A stretch of 63,947 bases of DNA, the filler included, from Globobulimina sp. (lineage: Eukaryota): NCBI GenBank assembly GCA_003354225.1. It is 5 parts of 5 records of this genome, joined end to end, with 100 filler letters (N's around TTAATTAATTAA, not from the genome) between each part and the next. Parts side by side here need not be neighbours in the genome. Positions count along the whole stretch, not along the records: positions 52,188 to 63,947 come from PIVH01000013.1; 4 more parts are not named here. One strand, written 5' to 3'. Below are positions 56,623 to 63,947 of the stretch, one piece after another. The notes under the pieces were generated by a model that was not told the origin of the DNA, did no database searches, and was given only the letters and a program-made list of their open reading frames with translations. Position 1 is the stretch's first letter; each line of letters starts with the position of its first letter. Position numbers and translations under genes: made by a program.

Positions 56623-57930
56623 TAAGTCGGCAGGCCAACCTGCTTCGTCAAGTTCTTGGCGGACTTCCTGTTCGCCGTGACCGCGGCCCTCTTGACCACC
56701 TCCGTCCTCCGTAATAAAACGCCTAAAAACATCATCACCATCGAAGAATCCATGTCCGGCCGTACGAGCTTCTTGCCGGAGTCCGAGAAATTCTTGTTCC
56801 TCGCGGCTGAGAAATTCAAGAGGACCACCAAAGCCTTCTTCGTGACTTCGTCGGTGTTTTTATTTAAAATATCATGCAGGTCACCACCAGTAAGGTCCGC
56901 TGGAGCTTGCTTGATCAAAGCCTTCCTGGCGGCAGCCTTTCTCTTTTTCATCGAATAACCTTCATCATCACTCGAAGAAGAGGAGGCCTCGGACCAACGT
57001 CTCTTTCTCGACCCTGTCTTCCTCCTCTTGGTCCGCGACTGGCGGTCTTGCCTGTCCTGGGCAGCGTCGAGCAACTGCTGCTGCATAATCTGGAGGGCTA
57101 GACCCTGGTCCTTGCGCAACTGGCTCAGTCCTGCTGTGGCGTCATTGCCTTTTTTCAATAATAAAGCAAAGGCCTTCGCCATTTCATCTGACATGCCTAA
57201 CGAGGCCGCCATCGCATTAGCTTCTTCTGGCAAAATCTCTACATCCGTGTCCGGATCGCTTTCAACTGCCGGGGAAACTGCAATGCGACTGTCGTCCGAG
57301 TCACCATCCTCCACTTTGCTCTTCGCCGCCTCTTTTAAGTCCGCTTCGCGTTTCTTGCGCCTCGCTTCTTTCTCTGCGGCATTCCTCTTCGTATTCTCCA
57401 TCCATTCTACGGCCTTGGCGTGGTCTTTCTTAGCCTGCGCTTTGGCCTTCGCCTTGGCCTTCTCCTCGGCCTTCTTCTTCTTAACCTCTCTCTTCTCTCT
57501 CGCAGCCGCCACCTTTGCTGCCACTTCTTCTGCAGACAAAGCACCGTCGGCCACGACATCATCGCTTTTCTCATCTCCGTGTTTCTTCGGGGTCGCCGGA
57601 GTATCACTCTCCGCCCCCGGATGCACGAGGTCTAACTCGTCATCTCGCTCTTTGCCATCTTCCTTAGCTGGACAGCCTGGCACTTTGGCAGTTAACGCAT
57701 CCGCTAACTCCAACTCCTAAGTAGCACACAAGACACCGTCAGTACACTGTACTCGACCATGGTATCCCTGCGCGACTCGGACCCACGTCAAAGCGAAAAA
57801 CGAGGGTTACCGAGTCAGCAAACCGTGAAAGGATAAACAGAAAAATAAATAAAGCAGACCTTTTTCTTGTCCTTATTCTTCTTAGTCACCCTCGTTGTTG
57901 CCTTCTTATTCTTATTCTTCAAGTTGAGCG
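56622..57930 (-). CDS. Gag N-terminal part; Lys-rich exon down to 57860, predicted intron 57859-57717
   Basis: GC3-rich basic/acidic ORF opening directly after CTACTTAG; upstream K-rich frame ends AAG|GT in phase 0. Confidence 0.6.
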
Positions 57931-58976
57931 GGTCTTCCATCACATGCAGGAAAGCAAACATTGCAAGAAGATAAAGTGAGAATTGATATGGAATTAAAAC
58001 TAACTGAACACGAAAGAAATAGTTTAAAAAGTGATCAAGAAGTAATGTCTAAATCGTATTCAATGTTAGAAGATAATTATACATTTTCAGTGAAACAAAG
58101 TACTGATTTAAAATCAATGAATGATGACTTACAAAGCTCACTCGATACAATCTCAAACGATTTATCATTAGAAAGAGCACAAAGCAACGGTCAAAACGAA
58201 AGAATTCAGAAATTAACAAAATTTATACAAGAGTATAAAAGGACAAATAGCGAGTTAAGGAATAAAAATGAACAGCAAAACAAACAAATTACAGATTTAC
58301 AATGTCAACATCGCCAAAATCAAACTCAAGTTGAGTCTTACTGCAAATTAACATAGTTTTTGCATGTTTAATATTAAATATAATTAAAATATAAATTAAT
58401 TCAGATTGAAAGTTTAAAATGTGAGTTAGAGCAAAGAACTGATGAAATAAACAAATTACATCAAGAACTGGGAGTTGTGGGCAGTCGTTTCAGTGCAATC
58501 GGCAATACGTCTTATCGCGTACGAGCTGGTCGTGAATCTGTCAGCTATGATACCAATATATTTAGATTTAAAAGAAGAGCATCGATCGCCTCATTGATGG
58601 CAGAAACGTCACATAATTAGATAACGATTTATCTGCAAATGCCATAATGGATTCTGATGAGGAACCGCGTAAAGATGAAGTAATTGGTTTGCGTGAGTTT
58701 GTGAATGCACTTAATTTTCCAAATGTGTCTGCAGTTACAAATATTGATGAAGATTTTGAAACATTTGGGCCAAAATTGAAGGATATTGGTCATGTAAATT
58801 TAGATGGATTAAAAAGAAAACATTTTAGTTTAATGTCAGAGTTGAAAAAAGAATTGGAAGATATTTCAAATACTTTTAAAACAGATAGTTATGATTGTAA
58901 ACAAACATTAGTCAAGAAACGGAAAACTAACACGAATGTGCTTGGTTTCAATTGGTTTGGATTTTGTTTGTGGTGA
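57931..58976 (+). pseudogene. Coiled-coil protein, 5'-disrupted paralog of the 59097 gene (intron ~58330-58403)
   Basis: EDKVRIDMELKL...LKSDQEVMSKSY aligns with QDKYRVSTQLKL...LKSEQDIISKTY; shared C-terminus KHF.L..E..K.L.DISN...LVKKRK...FG.CL. Confidence 0.7.
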
Positions 58977-59096
58977 TCAAAATATGCGGTGAATGCAATG
59001 AAAATGTTTTTTGAATTGAATTTTCGTTTTAGTTGTATATGTTGTTCTGTATTTTAACTATTTTTACCGTTTTTTCAAAAAACTTTACTGTGGTCA

Positions 59097-60881
59097 ATGC
59101 AGTATCTTCCTTCACGGTCAATATCGTTAACAAGCTCGCACGGATCGGAAAGCAATTTGCCTTTCACTGATGATGGTATCCTATCAAAGATAGATATGAA
59201 ACGCTTTTTTTTCGTATGGTTCAATTCAATGTCGCCTGACAATATCTCCATCGATAAATCTCAATTTTATTTGGTTATGAATAGTATATTTCCAACATCC
59301 ATCCTCTCAGAAACGATAATATCAGATATATTTAATGAATTACTATCAAATTATGGTGATAATCATAAAAAACGTATATATTACAATCAATTCCTATCGC
59401 AACATGAAGATAGATTTACCGATATAATAATGGAATTATTACAAAACGATTCTACCATATTATCAGCACTTGAATCAGTTCCTAATGTCACCACAAATAA
59501 TCCTAACAACAACACCTTGCAACAAATACTTTATGATCAAGTTATATGTACACTTTTTTCATGGTAAAATACAACAATATAATACATGTCAGTGTAATGA
59601 GATATCAATGCTTCGGAAATGGATTATTGGCATTGGCCTTCCATCGATGACATTGCATAATGAATTATCCATTGCAAAGCAGGATAAGTATCGCGTGAGC
59701 ACACAATTAAAATTAGTTGAAGCAGAAACAAATGATTTAAAATCCGAACAAGATATAATATCTAAAACATATTCTGCATTGAATGATGATTACACACTTT
59801 CCATCAAACAAACAGCGCACTTAAAATCAATCAATAACCAATATGTTGGATACATTGATGAATTGAAATCTTCTTTGGATACAACCGCCAATGAATTAAT
59901 TTTACGTAAGCATTAATATTCAAATATATTTGTCAACTATGCGTCAAAAACACCAAATTTATAATTATTAGATCGATATTTAAAGTGTTTCTGGCAAATA
60001 TATTTGAATGTTATGTCAGAACGTCAGCTGAGTAGAAATAACGACAACACCGCCCAGCAATTAACGAAATTTATTGCAAAATATAAAAAAGCAAATTGTG
60101 AGTTAAGGAGCAAGAATCATCAGCAAAGCAAAGAAATTTCCAATTTAACAAATCAGAAAAATGAAATTGAAATTCAAGTTAAGTTATATAATGCAGTCAG
60201 ATATTATTAGTTTCCAATCTATTTTCTTCTGCTGTATTGTAGCTGGAACATGCAACAATTGAGTTATCTCAAAAAACAGCCGAAACGCAAAAATTACAGC
60301 AACAATTTGAATTGTTAACGTTACAGAATATGAGGTATAGTGTAGGCAGTTATAGTCAATATAGTGACTGTTATGAGCACGATTCACAAAAACAGTACAG
60401 AAGAAAGCGAACGTTGACATACACAAATTCAGCGATGGAAACAATTGCTACTGCATTGGGATATAATTATGCGCCAATAAAAGAAGACAGCGCCACAATG
60501 CCTTTCCCAACATTTGCTCCAACGGATACGGATAGCACTATTTCTAGGGCTAGCTCTATTTCTTTTGGTGGATTTAACAATGCATTGCATGTTTCAACGA
60601 TTTCTGCATTTACAGATATGGAGAATGAGTATAAAACGCAAGTATTTGAACCAAGTGAAAGTGGCACTGTTCGAGTTCATGAATTGAAAGGAAAAAATAA
60701 TGGGATGTTAGAGGAAGCAAAAAAGAAACATTTTAATTTACTGTTGGAGTTTCAAAAACAATTGGGAGATATTTCAAATAGTTGTAAAACATATGGTGAT
60801 GACTATAAACAATTATTGGTAAAGAAACGGAAAAGAAACATAAATGAAGAAAGTTGCAGTTTGTTTGGACTTTGTCTGTGA
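59097..60881 (+). CDS. Multi-exon coiled-coil protein with EF-hand-like N-terminus
   Basis: Successive + ORFs separated by AT-rich GT-AG gaps; paralogy with 57931-58976. Confidence 0.65.
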
Positions 60882-60970
60882 TAAAAAGTGTATATATACA
60901 GCAATATCAGTCTAAAAGAAATAACAATTATGTACATGTACACGCGTTTTGATGCTTAGTGTAGTGTTTT

Positions 60971-62355
60971 TTATGTTGTTGTCATCGCATTCACACCGAC
61001 AAGAACACTATTATCATCATCATTGCTTTCATCATTATGCATCTCGCCATGTGGACCATCCTCAGCAATGCCGGCACCATAATGTCCAATAGGCTCTCTA
61101 TGTATATTTCCTTCAACATCAGCGACAATATCACTAACTTCTGCTCCCTGAGTCACTCCTACCAAATCAACGTCGACTACAACCTCATCATCACTGTTTT
61201 CATCAATATTTTGAATCTCATCAACTTCATCATGACCATCCTCAATATCCTGATTGTCTCCTTCTCGATCTCCTACATCTATATCTTGGTTACTCTCCGG
61301 AGTTACAATATCGCCATCAATGGCATTGACCTTAATACCAGTTTTTGCTTTATTCATTAATTCGATGTCGACGTCAGCTGAGGAAATACTATTGACTCTA
61401 GAAATTGTTTTGGTTGGATCGATATCACTTAATTCATCAACAAATGTACGCACCCGTTGTTGCATAATTACTCTGAATACTAAACCCATTGCAACAAAAC
61501 AACACGAAATAATTACAACAACAATAATAATAATCCATGTTACTTGAACTCGTTTTTGAACTCTATATTTATCACTGACTGGATTCACAGACTCTGTCGT
61601 TGTGCTGCTAGCTACAACTTCTCTGTCTCCATCATGAGTGGGTACAGCTGTATTGGAGGGTGATTGTGACGGTATTTTTGACGGTATTTTTGATGGTATA
61701 TTTGAGGGTATTTTTGATGGTGTTGTTGTTGGATAAAGTGTGGGGTTTCGTGTTGGATTAAATGTTGGATTTCGTGTTGGATCACTTGGATGCGACGTTG
61801 GATGGAATGTTGGATTTTGTGTTGGATAAAGTGTTGGATTGGATGTTGGATACAGTGTTATTGCAGTAAATTGGAATGAAATAGAATCAATAACAGAAGC
61901 AGAATGTGTACTGATTCCAGTTAGATAGAAATTGGAATGGATGATCCAATCGGTATCAGTCACGGTTTTGATTGTAAAAGCATCTGTGTTGCAACTGTAC
62001 AGAGTACCATTTGATGTATGCAATCCAACAAATGTCACTAATTCAAATAATAAGCCACTGCGCCATTTCACACGATATCCATCAATATACTCACCAGGCT
62101 GTAGCATAAAGGATGAACATGCTGTTTCAATGGCATCTGAACCCATTTCAGGGAAAGTCTTTGTCGACTCATCACTGGCCATATCCTTAAATTGGATTGA
62201 TATCCCCATGATGCAATACCTGATATTCTACCTTGATCCAAATATTCAAACGGGTCGGCTAAACCACCGCTTCCTCCATAAAATTCTGTTTCAAACGTAT
62301 AAGCAATCCATGGCCATATGGAGATACTGAAGAACGGTATGAATATCCGTGACAT
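60971..62355 (-). pseudogene. Jacalin-like lectin / PT-stalk / TM protein with a frameshift near 62205
   Basis: Signal peptide, YGGSGG, LQPGEYIDG, IDSISFQF; PT repeats; TM WIIIIVVVIISCCFVAMGLVF; N-terminus in a different frame with no intron signals. Confidence 0.6.
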
Positions 62356-62397
62356 GTAGTGGATAGGGAAAAAACTTTTCAAGTGGTCAAGCTAAAA

Positions 62398-63878
62398 ATG
62401 AACAGTCCAAAGACGTTAATGTCGTCATCCGAAGAGCTGTCCAATTACAATGCAGAAGAAGCCAAAGATGAGATTAGCGACTTACTCACTCAAATCGAAG
62501 GACATGATCTATGGATCAAAGAACAATCCTCCTCCACCGAGACCCGTTTAAATGCCTTCAAGCACGCCATCAAACAATCCGACCGTTTAAAGCAAATGTT
62601 GTCCGATGAAAACCAACCAAACCAACTCTCCCAACAACAATACGAATTGATATTAGCGCTAAAAAACGATTTCCTAAAAGCAATCGCCCAAATTCAAGAC
62701 GACTTAGTGACCGCTCATCGCGGTCATGGCCAATCCTTCTCTGACTCAAAAATGCAAATTCGACAATTAACGCAGGAAAACGAGCAATTTAAATATAAAA
62801 TGCAGCAGCAAAACATGCAAATTGCACTAGACCAAGAGTCCATTAATAAATTACGTGTCGAAAATGAGCGATTGCAGCGCCTGAAAGATTTATTAATGCA
62901 GCAACAGGATGCTATGAACCAGCGGTTGTCGCAGGTAAAGGGCAAAGATGTCAAGATCAAGGAGTTGAAATTCGGGAATGAAGAGTTAAAACAGTGCATA
63001 AATATCATGAACCAAGAAAAGCAAACTTTAAACAACAATTTTAAACTACAAATCGAATCATTAAATACGAGCTGTAAGCAGTTATTGGACGAAAACAAAG
63101 CATTTAAACAAGAACATGCGCATAAAATTAGTATGCAAGCACAGACTGAGGAGTTGCGGACAAAATGCGATGAGTTTGAGGCGAAATATAATGAGTTATT
63201 GCAGGAGAATATGAATGATAATACATCGCGGCAGGAAGAGGTGATTGCGTTGGAGGAAGAGCATAATGCAAAGGTGGAGATATTGGAAGAGGATAAGGAA
63301 AAATTACAGCATCAATTTACGGTGTTGTTGCAGGAAAAAAGTGATTTACAGCAGGAATGTCAGAGTGTAATGGAGAAATATGAGAAATTGGGCAGTTTGA
63401 ATACGCAGACTATTGAAACCAATCTTGATTTGGCTTCGCAAATCGATAAATTGAAAGAGAATATGGATAAGTTGGTGTTTGAAGGGGAGAATGTGAAGAA
63501 AAATGAGTTGGATGCGGCTGTGTTGCAGTCGAAAATTGAACAATTGTCGGTGCAGATTAATGCAAAAAATAAACAGATTTCTGAGCAGCAAACGCGAGGT
63601 ATGCATACTAAGTCAGTTTGTGGTTTGAAACTGATTGTAATTGCACACCGTACACACGTACAGGCGAAGAGATGCATAATCAAAGAGAGACATTGCAACA
63701 CAAATTGCAAGAATCACAACAATCGCTATTAAATTATCAAACGCAATGTCAAGGATTAGAGACTGAATTAGCTGAAAAAAGGAATAAATATCCGTCTCCC
63801 ACAGGAAATACAGAGAATAAGCTATCAAGCGATGATTTATTGTCCTTTGTCACAATGAATAATAAATGCAGTACATAG
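62398..63878 (+). CDS. Long coiled-coil protein (intron ~63599-63663; 3' end uncertain)
   Basis: Q/E/K-rich heptad sequence; G|GTATGC...TACAG| splice. Confidence 0.7.
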
Positions 63879-63947
63879 TGTCAAAGTGAACAGAATATAC
63901 TGTGACGTGCTAGCAAAATAAGTACGGGATTATTTTTTCTCAATGAT

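Larger units (their letters stand above)
52188..57930 (-). mobile_element. Tyrosine-recombinase retrotransposon (DIRS order, Ngaro-like): gag, RT-RNase H, YR
   Basis: Co-oriented gag-like (CCCH finger), RT-RH and YR ORFs; no methyltransferase seen; 3' end runs into the contig end. Confidence 0.88.

Noticed and set aside
56622-56870. Programmed -1 frameshift at TTTAAAT joining the gag halves
   Set aside because: Slippage there meets TAA at once; the long open -1 frame is explained by GC-rich third positions
57028-57720. 230-aa antisense ORF over gag, and similar shadow ORFs elsewhere
   Set aside because: Expected from codon bias of the sense ORF
26825-63947. Non-standard genetic code in the eukaryote
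   Set aside because: Conserved genes translate fully in the standard code once short GT-AG introns are removed; TAA, TAG and TGA all act as stops

Overview
This window is not one locus. It joins five contigs with 100-nt N/TTAATTAATTAA/N linkers (13720-13819, 26725-26824, 39610-39709, 52088-52187). The three complete contigs decrease in length (12905, 12785, 12378 bp), so adjacency across linkers has no biological meaning. Contig 1 (1-13719) is an AT-rich bacterial mobilizable plasmid. It carries a coupling-protein ATPase, a Ti-type TraA (MOBQ) relaxase-helicase with oriT, a TraD-like protein, parA-parB, a parS-like palindrome, a predicted antisense ctRNA, an HTH replication protein, a Schlafen/AlbA_2 protein and a LuxR-type regulator. 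Contigs 2-5 are an AT-rich eukaryote with short (mostly ~60-95 nt) GT-AG introns; the gene families suggest a foraminiferan/rhizarian protist (inference). Contig 2 is a repeat-rich mosaic with identical 119-bp ends. It holds a decayed lectin-Kelch-TM-caspase 'receptor caspase' gene and an S1P lyase. Contig 3 is housekeeping genes. Contig 4 has a non-LTR retrotransposon whose ORF1 and APE-RT-CCHC-RNaseH ORF2 are in the same frame, separated by one TAG and a stop-free hydrophobic linker. Contig 5 has an Ngaro/DIRS-like tyrosine-recombinase retrotransposon with apparent splice-dependent gag and recombinase ORFs and an internal array of three 63-bp hairpins with compensatory substitutions. All calls come from motif reading by eye; no database searches were run.
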